Assembly (NCBI GenBank): GCA_009103225.1
Contig: RHPI01003009.1
Span: 431,004-495,003, forward strand
Reading direction: 5' to 3'
DNA from: Chlorokybus atmophyticus
Lineage: Eukaryota > Plantae > Mesostigma and Chlorokybus algae
DNA length: 64,000 bases
This document shows, one piece after another, positions 1-12,599 of this stretch (positions are counted from its first letter, which is position 1; every line of letters starts with the position of its first letter). Both the position numbers and the translations under genes were made by a program. The notes under the pieces were generated by a model. That model saw only the letters and a list, made by a program, of their open reading frames with translations. It was not told where the DNA came from and did not search any database.

Positions 1-1837
1 GAGCTGATCACTCTTTTCCTTGAAGCGCACCTTCTGCACGATGTTGATGTAACCGCTCAGAGCAGGCTTTGTAAGCTGCTCAGTAACCATGAAAAGCACA
101 ACTTAGCTGCAGGTAAATGGAGAGGGGCAGATACGAGTAATGGTAGTTAGTGGTCAACTTAATTGACGTACTGCTGACAGTATTAGTATTAGAAGAGAGT
201 TTACAAGCCAATAGAGCCTGTTGGCTGCAAGTGTAATAGACCTAGACATCAAGATGCCAACTTCATTCTATCAGTGTTGACAAATGTAGGTCAAGTCTCA
301 ACCTCTCTTTGTTGTTTGATGTGCATTCCTCATGCATTGCCACCTTGGTTTCACAATTCAAGGAATGCACATGAAGGTCGTGTTATAAAAACTGGCCCTT
401 TTTCATGGGTGAAGGATGGGTGAAGGATTTAAGGGTTTAAACGATGTTGGATGCGTGCGTGCGTGCGTCCATGCATCGATTGTAGCATACATCTATATTG
501 AATCCTCAACCACCAGCGCCTGTGGCTGATGTGGCCTACTGGAACACCCAAATTTCGTAAGAGTGCACCACATAACCCGCCAAATTGCATTTCATGTTCA
601 TTGCCTGCCACATATTACCATTGCTTGCCTGCTACACCCTGTCATGCCAAATCCCATCGTTGCGCAAGGATGTCGTCCATTAGCTCGTTATGGCCTCAAG
701 GTGCTGCATCCTCTCCACAAGCACACATAGTAGCTTCCTCCATGCATGTATGCTAGCTCAAGGTCCTCTCCGAGCTGCCCCACAAGTGCACATACTCATA
801 CACATAATATGTATATGGCACTCAGAAGCGCGTGTCTTAGCCAACGTAGACTCAAGCACGGGCTTCTATACTTGCAATTGCCATGTGATGGGGAGATTAG
901 GCTAAGTCCGTTCACAAGGTGTGGCACACGCTTATACACTTCACACAAGCATATACAAGCATGTGCACACTTAAGGCAAGCATACAACCAAGGCAACCAA
1001 GTAAATCTGAAAGCCTCTCCAAGTAGCTGTATGCTCCTATTGAAACAAGGGACTTGCGCTCAACTAGTTGCAATACAAGTTAAGGACACTTGCATACCCT
1101 CCTACAACGCCTGTACAATCGTTTTTGACCACTTTAGCTGCTACAATAACCATACAACTCCCAGATCATTCATAACCAGCTCTTCAGTCACATGTGAGTC
1201 CTAGCGTAATAAAATTACACCTTGATGTGGTGACCATTACTCAACTCCAACTCATAATACTTGACTCAAAAAGCCTTCATTACCGATGCGTTGCACCTTT
1301 GACACGTACGCGCATACCAACCCCCTTCCCCTTTCTCATGCACTTAACTAAGGCACATAGCCGCTTATGACAGGGGCACAAACGAATGCGGCGTAACAGA
1401 AGTTGAAGTTCGTGCCCCTCCTACCATATAAGTAATCACCTGCTTTGCAACCATCGCTTGTGCTTGTTGACGCGTGCTATATTTGTGGTTTTGTGCATGC
1501 TAGGGTCATCGTATATGTGATTACAGTCCCATATCGTTGAAAACATCAGCGTATATATATTAATGAGATTTTTAACTTAGTCATCTCATTAATATACTTT
1601 GATCGGAATTGATTCGATCTACTATGCACTCCTTGCGTCACTTGCTCATATTGCTGGGTATACTCAGCAATACATATCCACACAAGCTTATGCCCTAATT
1701 TGTACAATGTATGACGTAAGTAGATTTGCGTTGTAAACCGTATAATCATTAACAAGTTGTATCTCGTGCAAGTTCCAATTAGAGTGACATTCCTAAAGTG
1801 GTATAGCCGTTGCATATACAATCAAGCAGCAACATTT

Positions 1838-2273
1838 ATGTCACAGCCCACTCGACTATAGAAGACTTGGTGCTTTTATGGTCGATACGTGGTTGATGTA
1901 CCTTCCCGTTGCATTGCCCCCACTTAAGAACGCTGACGTCCTCGGCAGCTGCCCCGTTCAGCTGAGGAATCATCCTAGGGGTCTAAATAGGGTCGGTCAC
2001 CGGCCCCACTGGCCAATTTTAGGCTCTTACCGATCAACGCGCGCTGCCGGCCCCACAGGTCGCATCGCGACTAGCAAGTCGCGACCCATCGATGATGGCA
2101 CTTACGAAGCGACCACACGATGTTACTGGATCGAGAAACAACGACCGCGGAATTTCTGTGCAAGGCAGGAATCACAACCGGGTCTCAAGATGACCAATGT
2201 CACAGCCCACTCGACCATAAAAGACTTGGTGCTTTTATGGTCGATTTGTGGTTACTTGATGTACCTTCCCGTT
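1838..2273. repeat. Imperfect ~75 bp direct repeat (1838-1910 and 2197-2273)
   Basis: ATGTCACAGCCCACTCGAC(T/C)ATA(G/A)AAGACTTGGTGCTTTTATGGTCGAT...TTGATGTACCTTCCCGTT occurs twice, ~360 bp apart. Confidence 0.8.
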
Positions 2274-3304
2274 ACAGTTTACGTCACTAACAATTGGCGA
2301 TTGTCAAGCATAACAACTATTAACTATCTGTGTATTACGATAAATCAATCACATCATGATTGATGATGACTTTAATAATTCATCACTCGATGTTGGGATG
2401 TCATTACAGCACATATGCGCAATTGCAATACAAAGCTAAATCGAGCTCATTCTCGTTACTAGCCAATTTTCAAATGATACCTGATTTTGTGTATTGTATT
2501 CAATGAAAGAATGATAAAAGGTATAAAAATGTCATAATGGGTGCTATGGCACCTATGATGACGATTACATCATGACGTTGCAAAGCACGACACATCAGAT
2601 TAATGGAGAGGTGTTTAAGTAATCACATCATACACATGGAGCACACTTTGTGCATTATTATATCTTTATTTTGCATCAGTTACCATGCCATGACTGTGCA
2701 AGAAACCATAGCAAAGTCTTGCGTCATAAGAAGGGTAAGCCATAATATGTAAAACCATGTTCGTGTTGTAAGAATTCATCGCATAATGTCGCGCTATACA
2801 ATATGTGACATCTTTTTTTGACATATAATACATCTAATATACCGGACATATACCATGCGGTACATATAGGATGCATTGTAGTTACGAGACTCGTGCATAT
2901 TACATCAGGGTGCATCCCTTTTTATGGTTTAACGGAACGTGAACGTACACTATCATCATGCCATAACGTTAACATCAGTGGTATTAACTTACTATGCATC
3001 ACACTACATGTCACTGACCGGGTGGGCTTGACAAACGACAGAAAGCGTAGGTCTGAACATATGTACTACCGTATTAGCCCCGTTAAAGTTCCCGTAGAAA
3101 CCCATACAGCTGGTCAGTAACGTAACGTTCTCAAATGCCTCCATGCGTATATGTTAGCATACATCATTACAGTTGACCGTTGTAATCATCGGCCACTGTC
3201 AGTGACATCAGCGACCAATCCATAGCATCATGGTAAAAAAGGCAGGCGGGGAATAATACGCGCCTTGCCTGCCTCAGGCTTGCATATGGTTCCAGCGCCC
3301 CTTT

Positions 3305-5443
3305 CCAGTACTGGCACTAAAACTTTCAAAGTGCACAAGTTGTGCAAGTACTGGCACAAGCTGTGCCATTATAAGGTTTATAGATTGTAGACTTGTAATG
3401 GCACATATACTGTAGCAGCAATGGCATGAGATTAACAAGTTTGAATCAATAATGGTCCAAGTAGTTTGTGCTAATATTGATAATTAAATAGTTTAATTCC
3501 ATTATACTAAACTTTAAGGCCTCAAGATGTGCATACAACCTGGGGCTGAGACGTCTACAACCCAGCAGTGACGGCACACCCAACGAAAGATTTCATTGAA
3601 ATCCGGAACTTTCGAAGGATTCAAAAGAATACCGACACACTCAGCACTCATTGGATAAGTGCTGAGTGAGTCAGTTGTTATCGCTAGCTGGCGCTAACCT
3701 ACAGACAGGTTGTAAAAAACCTAGCGAAGTAAGTTTCCCGCGCGCGCTACGCTTGGCCGATGTTGAAGCTCACGCCGAGCGACCGGGCGGGATTTGGGCG
3801 TAGGCGTAGGCGGGCGGTGCGGGAGTTGGGGTGAGGGGCGCAGGGCTGCTTGGTTACGTCCAGCCGCTCGGCTAAGCAGCTTGACGCAAATAAAAGGCTA
3901 AGCATTGCTTGCTGCGGCTAGTGCGTACAGACATGCTTGTCAACTTGTTGCTCGGTCTTCGTGTGCAAAGATGGCAAACAAAAGCTTCCTGTAAAAGGCT
4001 CAGCGCCAACGCCCTTGTCGTAAGGTCATCTCACGATGTACTTGCTTGCTGTTTAAGCTTGTTCCATCCGCAATGCCTGCTTACTGTAAGCTGCTGCCTG
4101 GTAGTGCTTTATCCTTATGATGTTTTGCCTTCTTATTATCATTTCCACGCAATTATAACTTAACGTTTATTGCAGCAGGTAGCACGCAAGCAAACGAGTG
4201 GCTGACTGCTAGCTGCGTTTAGCTGCTTGGCCGAGCAGCTAGATGCAGCAAGCTGCAAGCAGCCATTCACTTGTGCAATATTGTACAGTGTACGTTGTTG
4301 TCACTGTCGCCGTGGTTGTGACTTACACTGACCATGCTCAGGTTCGTGGGTGCGGGCTGGTGGGGCTGGTGCACTCTACCGTGTTTACGTGTTACTCAGG
4401 GCAACTTTGCTTTGGACCTCACTACAAGCTAGTTAGCACGCTAATTTATTTTGTTTTTTCGGCTAGCTTAATTTAGTTACTCTGTACACCATGATATGTA
4501 TTCATTGACTCCATCATACCCTGAATGTGGGATTAGATAACTGTACGTTTTATCTAATGTGGTGTGTTGCACACCTAGTCATTGTTGCTATGAGGCACTT
4601 TGGTGCAATCTGTTTGGTACCTAGTTTTACATAATTAGCTAGAGTGCGAGTAGGGATAAATCAGGGTCAACCCTAGTCGCACAATCACGTATACCTAATC
4701 CTCAGCTAGGTAACACCTGGATTTCGTTGTCTATAGGCTAGTCTTATTCGGCCAACTCTGGTTGGCCAGACTCTGCCTAGGTAAGGACTAGGTTACTATT
4801 TAGCGTAGTGAGATGTCAGCTGGCATTCTCAGGGCGTGAACACTAGCTGAAGGGGGTGTGATGCGTGCTTGTTGTGAATGTCGTATCATGTGTATGAGTA
4901 TGTACACTAGTGGGACAGCTTTGAAAAAAGATTTTTTGCTAGCACACGCATGCACGGAGGAACCTACAACGGTGAAAGCGCGCGGCATCATGAGGCCATG
5001 GCCGCGAGCTCGTGGACGCCCCTTAATAACGACAAGATATGGCATGACAAAATCCTTGTGCCAATACTGGCATGTAAACACATGCGCCTTACCATCCGTG
5101 TCAGCACAGACACACAGAAATTATGTGCCAGTGCTGGCATGGGTCAGTCGTGGTTTCCCCAGACGGCCAGCGCTGGTATACATGAGCGGACAGTTCCCGT
5201 CTGCATTTCGATAAGGCTGTGTCGAATCGAATCTGGCTGCAAATTCAGCATGCTAGTATTAGCACAAGTTCGCTTGTACTAATACTGGCATGCGGAATTT
5301 GCACTTACCACTTACCAACAGGTGAGCTACCTGCCGCCTCTGGCACAAGCGGTTTGGTGCCACTTTTCACCAATCTCGAGTTTAGACCTAGACCCAGAAT
5401 GTAGGTGCCAATACTTGCACAAAGGTTGTGCTAGCATTGGCAC
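3305..5443. repeat. Two clusters of a 16-bp palindrome, consensus GTGCCAG-TA-CTGGCAC; probable subterminal repeats of a decayed DNA transposon
   Basis: Variant copies at 3305-3317 (partial), 3342-3357, 5058-5073, 5125-5140, 5250-5265, 5276-5291, 5405-5420 and 5428-5443. No clear TIR or TSD found. Confidence 0.55.
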
Positions 5444-5623
5444 GGGCTGCAAGACTCATGCTTTCAATAATGCAGTGTAACTCATTGCTGCTATTGCTTG
5501 CGGCAGTAGTGTTTTGTTGTCATAGTTGTCGTCGCCGTCGTTGTTGCATGTAAGAAGCGGCGGCGACGGCGGCGTGTTTGTAAGTATGTTTAATAACCTG
5601 CTTGCAACTTTTTCATGCATTGT

Positions 5624-5770
5624 TGTCACTTTTAAAGAACTATCTTAAGTCAGCCTCGATCGCCCTTACTTATGTGGTAAGTAGGAACGACTCAAAGAGG
5701 ATTTCGTATAGTCATGGTGTATGTAGCACTTGGCATATATGCTCATTAGTCAATTCTAACGCACTAAGTG
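5624..5770 (+). repeat. Gypsy 5' LTR, left part
   Basis: Starts TGTCAC and aligns with the start of the 3' LTR (CTTAAGTCA...CTTACTTATGTGG...TTTCGTATAGT...GGTGTATGTAGCAC). Confidence 0.8.
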
Positions 5771-7442
5771 CACACGGAACTTTTTCCGCGGACCAGCCCT
5801 GGTCCTCACGTACGGACCAGGGCCAAAACGCCAGGGCGGCTTGGGGTCCGGACCAGGGTCGCCCGCCTTGGTCTGCACGCGGGGACCAGGGCTGGTCCAA
5901 ACAGTACGTAATTGTCCCACAGTCCCCCGAAAAACCGAACCAGGGCTGGTCCCGGTAACAATAGTGATAAATCGGACCGGTTATGGTTGTGGTTAAGGAC
6001 CATCATTGGTCCGAGTCTTGATACAAGGGAGCAGCCATGGCTGGTGCGTATGTATAGATACCAATAATTCAACCAGGTGTGGTCCGGTTAACAGTTTGTT
6101 TTTTGCGTGATAACCGGTTGCAGCCGGACTTTATAGGCTGACCGGCAGAGATTGCTGTAGATTAATTGTGCTCTGGCGGTTGACTGCGGTCAGCCCCAGC
6201 TGACCGCCGTTCGGCCGCCGCTGGTGGCCTGGTGCTCCAGGCCAAGAGCACCAGGCCACGCCGCTGGCCTAGTCTTGCTGGTTGCTTCTAAACCAGCATG
6301 GCCAGTCGCTCTATGCTAGCCTATCAACAATAAAAGGAGCACAAGGCAACGCAATCCCAGCTTAGCAAGCATGCACTGTCATAGCCATGCAGCAAGCATG
6401 CAGTCACCAAAATCAAAAGCATTGCGTACAAAAACAATAAGCGTGGGATTGTATTGAGATGTATCAGCATGCTGGCATGTACGTTTGGCAATCAACACTG
6501 ATGCAAGCCTTTTAAGTGCAAGTATCTACTTACACCAACATTCCATGCGCATACCAAAAACAAGAGGATCATACCTAATGCTCCAGCATAGACGCACCTC
6601 CCCTCCCCCACTCCTCCCTTGGAGTGATGCCACGTTGGCTACTATACGAGACCTGCGTACCATTATTGTTGTGTGTCATGCATACAGGTGACATAGACTC
6701 ACAATTGGGGTGCGCACAACATTACGTGTGTGCTCGCACGCGCGCATGTCTACAATGGACGGTTGGTATGAGGGTGTGTTGCTGTTCACATACGTGCAGA
6801 ACATGAAGCGTGTGCACTCGGCTACTTATGTTTATGTGCGAATGTGTGTGTGTCTGCATCTTGCATGCGCACGGCCGGACGGTTGACAAACAGGACTGAT
6901 GGCAGACACACATGCGCATGTCACATACACATACACTCCCACACGATGTAGGATTGCCGAAGTAACACACAACTCCTCAAGACTATCACATTCGTGAACG
7001 CAAATCAATGACAGACGGGAGTTATTGGCATGCAAACGCATACACGCATGCGTGCACATAACAAGCAGCTCTTACCTGCTTCTGGTGGCGCATGCTGCCG
7101 CTCTCTCCGCTAGACTGCAGCCGTACATCAACAAGTGAGCACACCTACGACACGCATGCGCATGTGTGTGAGCAGCGCCGCCGCCATACGTATGCTGCAA
7201 TTGTATGCACNNNNNNNNNNNNNNNNNNNNNNNNNNNNNNNNNNNNNNNNNNNNNNNNNNNNNNNNNNNNNNNNNNNNNNNNNNNNNNNNNNNNNNNGGG
7301 GGGGGGGGGGGGGGGGGGGGGGGGCATTCAGGAAAGGGGGAGACGGGGACACACACAGGAGCAGACACACTCTGACGCTGATGCGCGTGCACAGCAACAC
7401 CCGTGCGAGTGACATCATGATGATTACGTGCATGATGTGCAT

Positions 7443-7481
<39 letters not shown>

Positions 7482-7559
7482 TGTTGGATCGCACATTGAA
7501 GAGGCACGGACAGCTGGGGTGAGGACAACCTGTTTAATAGGCGACACTGCAGCCAGCAG

Positions 7560-8290
7560 TCTCGTAGGCGGCCTATGAGACAGCTCGTCCTCAGCCCTGG
7601 CTGAGTGACTCAGTTAAAGCTCATAGGCTGCACTGACTAGGCTGGTCAGTGCGGTCCATGAGCCTGCCTGTTGCAAGACGCACGCACACATGCAAAACCA
7701 CCCACATGCACACTTATGCGCATGCGCAGAAACATCGTTTAGAAACTCATCGCACCTTGATGTTGGAGGTCACGGACAGCTGGGGCGAGGTAATGTTTAT
7801 GGATGCAAAGCCGTGCATGCGCTCCAATATCGTTAATGGTCTTCATCAGCAGGCCGCTGATTGCCAGCTTGGGGGGCAGTCGGCATACCTGCGCGTGCAC
7901 AACTGCATGAGCGCATGCACGTGCGCATGTTTGTATGCGCGTGCGCGTACGTGTGTGCGTGCACGTCTTCTTGCGGAGGAGGGGGGAGGGGGCAGGAAGG
8001 GAGGGGGTGACGCACCTGTTCACATGCATAGTGCACCAGCAAAATTGCCTCATGATAGGCCGCACCGGACAGTGCGGCCTATCAGGCAGTCGCTGTAGGC
8101 TGCCTCTTAGGCCGCACTGGACAGCTGTCCAGTGCGGTCTATGAGTTCAATTCGGACCACTGTGTGTACGTGAACTGAGTTTGTATGTGAGTGTGTCACA
8201 AGAAGCACTTGCATGCGTGCATGCGTGCGTGCGTGCATGCATGCGCGCAGGTGTTTGCAAGTGCGCGTGCATGTGCGTGCGACTGCGCGC

Positions 8291-8375
<85 letters not shown>

Positions 8376-9004
8376 NGCGCGAAGAGCAGCATCGGGCTGT
8401 CCTCACCAATGGTGACGCTATAGAAAACCACCGCGCTGTTCCTCGCGCGGCGTAGGGGGCAGGCCCTTCGCGGGCCAGGCAAGGGTAGTGTTGGGGACGT
8501 GTTTTTGAGCCACAGAAACGCACGCATGAACGCTTGAGCACCTGCAGGTGCCCAGCGCGGGCAGCGCGTTCATCAGGTGGAGACATGCACGTGTGTGTGT
8601 TGGCAAGTGCACATGCGTGCGTGTCTGCTCGCATGCAGGAGACCCTCCATCTCCACCAGCTGGAGGAAGGCCGTGTCGCTCAGCAGCAGCCTGCGGCACC
8701 CTGCGTGTTACACATTTATTATGGAACTGTTGTAGACTGTTGTGCGGTCTATGCCCTCTAAACAACCGCCCATAAGCTCTAAAAACTATGAACCAGGCAT
8801 CGCTCATAGGCACAAACCAGTGCCTATGAGCTCTAGAATCTATGGACTAGGCATCGCTCATAGGCACTGGTCAGTGCCTATGAGCGATGCCTAGTCCATA
8901 GTTTCCAGAGCTTATAGGCGGCTGCTTGAAATCAGTGCGGTCTATGAGCCCGCCTTCAACTGTCTCATAGGCAGCATTGATCAGTGCAGCCTATGAGACA
9001 GTTG
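7560..9004. repeat. Three clusters of hairpin repeats, consensus CTCATAGGC(T/C)GCACTG-NN-CAGTGC(A/G)GCCTATGAG
   Basis: Clusters at ~7560-7665, ~8055-8146 and ~8740-9004. A perfect 30-bp-arm palindrome lies at 8840-8901 and a perfect 16-bp-arm hairpin at 8957-9004. Confidence 0.85.
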
Positions 9005-9090
9005 GTATAGACCATGACAGAGCCGATGCTAATAAGCGTGTTTACGCATGGTGACGACGAGCCCATGAGAGAGAGCAAGACAGAGTAAAT

Positions 9091-9724
9091 AACCAATCAA
9101 GCGGTGGTTGCTGCTGCTATAGCGGCTGAAGCAGCAACCAACATTTGAAGCCGCAGTTTCTGCTGCTGCTCCAGCCGCTAGCAGCAGCTGCAACTGCGGC
9201 TGTTGCCATGACTTCTGTCAACGACTTTGCTATTGGGAGGCCCTGATAACAGCATTCACAAGCATGCACAAGCACGAACAGGTAGTACCTGCCTGGACGG
9301 CATTGAAATGGCTGTGCAACCGGTCCAGAACAGCGGGCGCGGCTATCAACTATTGTTTATTGCCGTCTGACAGAACGGGATGACACTGAGGTTGAGGCTG
9401 TTGCTCTAATGTCAATCTGAACACTGTAGCCAAATCGAGCTGCATGTCAGCTCGACATCTGTCGACTAGTGTGCATGCTGAGAAGTGCACGCATGGCATG
9501 CAAACTCCTGTCCGTGCATGCAGTTTGCAAGCATGCATACGACTAAAAACCCAGCAGCAACCAATCGAATGGTGGTTGCTGCTGCTACAGCGGCTGAAGC
9601 AGCAGCAACCACCATTTGATGCCGCAGTTGCTGCTGCTGCTTCAGCCGCTAGCAGCAGCAGCAACTGCGGCTGTTGCCATAACTTCTGTCAATGATTTTG
9701 CTATCGGGAGGCCATGACAACAGC
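9091..9724. repeat. ~165 bp direct repeat (9091-9253 and 9559-9724), each copy an internal inverted repeat rich in GCT/CAG
   Basis: AACCAATC...GGTGGTTGCTGCTGCTA...GGAGGCC(C/A)TGA(T/C)AACAGC is present twice at high identity. Confidence 0.85.
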
Positions 9725-10534
9725 AAGCACAAGAAAAACAATGTCATCGACAGCGAGGACACCAGTGATCATGCAACGGCAGCAGCACCGACAGCAGGAG
9801 CCGCTGCAAACGTACTACCTGCTGTTACATTAATGCCAACAACAAGGGCTCACAACAATTAAGCTTTAGGCAATGACGCCGAAGTTCAATGAAGCATGCA
9901 ACGCACAATCAACACCGCTTACCTTTCCGAGCAGCGCCTCCAGCTACCGTAGCTTGGCGGTCGCAACATCAAAAGAATGCACGCAAGCAGTGCCTCGGTG
10001 GGACCCATGCCAACAAGGGTTTCGGCACAGGGCAAGTACAAGTTCGTACCTATCGCTTTGCTGACGTGTGTGCAAGACCGCGGCCCGCAATTGCCACGCG
10101 ATCACTACGTCTCATTGACACGATCCGCGCCAGGTCTCGTTCTACAGACGTCGGCGTGCAATCCAGACTTGGTCACAGCGTCTGTACTCTTCTCTGTACC
10201 ACTACTTCTCTGGTCGTAGGCCGCGGGGAGCCCTGGTCCTACCCAGCGCACCACGTACTGTACCATTGCAGCCCCTGGTGCATAGCTCGCGGGGGCGCGA
10301 CCAGCCCTGGGTCGGTCATTGGACCGCATATAGTACCAGTGCTGCACTGGTTCGCAGGCCGCGGGGCCCGCGACCAGCCCTGGTCCGGTCTATCGGACCA
10401 GGCCATCCGGCTCCGGGGCGGGACCACCGGTGGTCCGGTCATGCCGGACCAATCGCGGCACTGGTACGCCACAACGAACCAGACGTGGTCTGCGGGCCGC
10501 GTACGACTGGTCCGCGCGTAAGAAGCCCTGTGTG

Positions 10535-10962
10535 TATGAGGACTACCTGCTACATAAGGCACTGTCTACTAGAAAGTACAGGAATGGTCACTGGTCAAGC
10601 GCACAGTCGCTAAGGCACCAGTAGTGTTGCCTTTGTTGATGTGTCCGAGGATGGACAAAGTTAGCCTGTGCTGGCAGGTTAGCGCATAGGTGGCGAGGTC
10701 TTGTTAGCCTCCGACATTTTATATGCCATGTCGGAGAGCAGCGGGTAGTGTAAGGGCATGGCTAATACCTCGTGGTGATAAGGAGTTAGTGGTCTTGCAA
10801 GAGTACTTGTGTGTGGGGTGCCTGGCTGAAGCTGTTGAAGGGTGCTCTCCATATCTACTCCCTTGTGGGTTATTGCGGGTAGCAAGATGTGTTGTAAAGT
10901 ACAGCTGCTTGTGCAGAAGTTTGTGACGCTCTCAGCAAGTTGGTTAAGAGGTCAACGTGACA
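10535..10962 (+). repeat. Gypsy 5' LTR, right part
   Basis: Aligns with the 3' LTR (AAGCGCACA...GTGTTGCCTTTGTTGAT...GAAGGGTGCTCTC...TGTGACGCTCTCAGCA). Ends GTGACA, followed by TTGGCATCGG (PBS-like). Confidence 0.8.
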
Positions 10963-11256
10963 TTGGCATCGGCGCGATGTGCCAAGCCTTACATGCTTGT
11001 GCATCAGCTTGTACATCTGTTGCTGGCATGCGTGTTGCATTTTTTGCTTGCATATGCTGTGTTGCATTGTTGCTGGCTGAGATATCATGCTCGTTCCAGT
11101 TGCGTGCACACTTGCATATTAAGTGCGGGCTGTATTTGATGCTGACTCTTGCATTTGACTATGTGCATTTTTGTTGCATACACTTCGAGCAGTGTTGAGA
11201 GGGCGACAGTTGCGTTCACACTCATTACGTAATGGTGCACAGCAAAAAGTTTCAGA

Positions 11257-12300
11257 ATGGATTTTGATAGTGGAAACGCTGCCAACCCGCTAGCAGCTCA
11301 GGTAGCTGAGCTGCAGAATCAGGTGCAGGCCATGTTGGCTGCCAATACATTTATGAAAGAACAATACGAGCAGCAGCTAGCTAAGTTAACAGCTGCAAAC
11401 GCTCATAAGATGATGCCACGCCTTGATTTTTTTTCAGGCGCCCATGAGGGGAAAAGCAAGGATCTTGGTGTTGCTGTTCGTAAATGGTTGTCCAAAAGCC
11501 AGCATGTGTGGAATGCTGCTGAGATTTTGCCAGGGCATGAGGCCTCAAGGCAGTTGCATTATTAGCATCCTACATGCGCGGCAGTGCTGCATGCATGCGG
11601 GAAGGGGCTTTACCACGCCTGGGGGCCGGCAAAGATGTCACGAGCTAGGGTGTGTTGTAAGTGTTATATTGCAGGCCTATGGGGGTGTTCACTCATCGCA
11701 GAAAGCACGTTACAAGCTCAAGCGCTTGAAAGTCAAGCTGGGGCAGCTAGTAAAAGACTTTATTATCTTCTTTGAAACAGTGTGTGCCGAGGGTGGCCCT
11801 GACATGTCGCTATATGATGCAGAATTGATGGACAATTACTCGCCTGCTCTGCAAGAGGATACGCAAAAAAAAGGCCTTGAATCCTTCACCCATGCTGACT
11901 ATCAGTTTATGAAGTGCACGGTTGTGCAGGATGACAACATCCAACGCATAAACAATCACGCCAAGAAGCTAACTCTTGTGAATAGCTTTCAGCCCTTATC
12001 ATTTACCACAAGGGTTGTAGGTGGCAATGGCAATGGCAGAAGCAGCAATCGCAAGCGCGTCGCCGAGACGGCAAGGGCAAGCAACCGGTCCAGCCTACCA
12101 ACAAGAAGCGCACTAACAACCTCCCAGAGATTAGCCTAGAACTGAAGGGTGCTCGCTTCAAGGCTGGAGTGTGCCTCAGGTGTGGGGAAAAGAGGGCCAT
12201 TGAGTGGTCACCTGCCTCAACCCCGCCACTGACAAGCCCGTTGCATATGAAGATCAGGTGGAGAGCTGCTCAACTAGCAGCAAGCATAGTTACACCATAT
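11257..12300 (+). pseudogene. gag: Degenerate gypsy gag
   Basis: Coiled-coil N-terminus (LAAQVAELQNQVQAM), retrotransposon-gag-like segment (ARYKLKRLKVK...VKDFIIFFE) and a broken zinc knuckle CLRCGEK/GH*VVTC at ~12170-12220. Contains stops and frameshifts. Confidence 0.75.
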
Positions 12301-12334
12301 GGCTTTATTGTTCATTGCATACGCATATGTACGC

Positions 12335-12369
<35 letters not shown>

Positions 12370-12557
12370 NNNNNNNNNNNNNNNNNNNNNNNNNNNNNNN
12401 NNNNNNNNNNNNNNNNNNNNNNNNNNNNNNNNNNNNNNNNNNNNNNNNNNNNNNNNNNNNNNNNNNNNNNNNNNNNNNNNNNNNNNNNNNNNNNNNNNNN
12501 NNNNNNNNNNNNNNNNNNNNNNNNNNNNNNNNNNNNNNNNNNNNNNNNNNNNNNNAT

Positions 12558-12599
<42 letters not shown>

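Larger units (their letters stand above)
5771..10534. mobile_element. ~4.8 kb non-autonomous DNA-transposon-like insertion (CACTA/CMC-like) splitting the gypsy 5' LTR
   Basis: Left end CACACGGAACTTTTTCCGCGGACCAG is an imperfect inverse of right end CTGGTCCGCGCGTAAGAAGCCCTGTGTG. Clusters of GGACCAG-NN-CTGGTCC palindromes lie at 5790-6085 and 10230-10516. Removing it rejoins the LTR so that it aligns with the 3' LTR. No transposase recognised. Confidence 0.7.

Noticed and set aside
1-800. Minus-strand fragments (LSGYINIVQKVRFKEK; DDILAQRWD...LAGYVVH) faintly resembling a hAT/DUF659 transposase or a host exon
   Set aside because: Short, interrupted by stops and not joinable into a convincing model by eye; needs a tBLASTn/HMM search.
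1372-1420. Stem-loop AGGGGCAC...GTGCCCCT as a Helitron 3' end
   Set aside because: The loop is long, there is no CTRR terminus at the expected distance and no 5' TC end was identified.
3720-3900. GC-rich patch with TTTCCCGC (E2F-like) as a promoter
   Set aside because: No downstream gene could be supported, and an 8-mer match alone is not evidence.
8294-8376. Poly-C run (and poly-G at 22656-22762, 7298-7325 and beside other gaps) giving poly-Pro/Gly ORFs
   Set aside because: All abut N characters; typical sequencing or gap-edge artefacts, not coding.
5790-10516. Palindromic repeat clusters as a CRISPR-like array
   Set aside because: Units vary in sequence and orientation, spacing is irregular and there are no cas-like ORFs; the context is a eukaryotic transposon nest.
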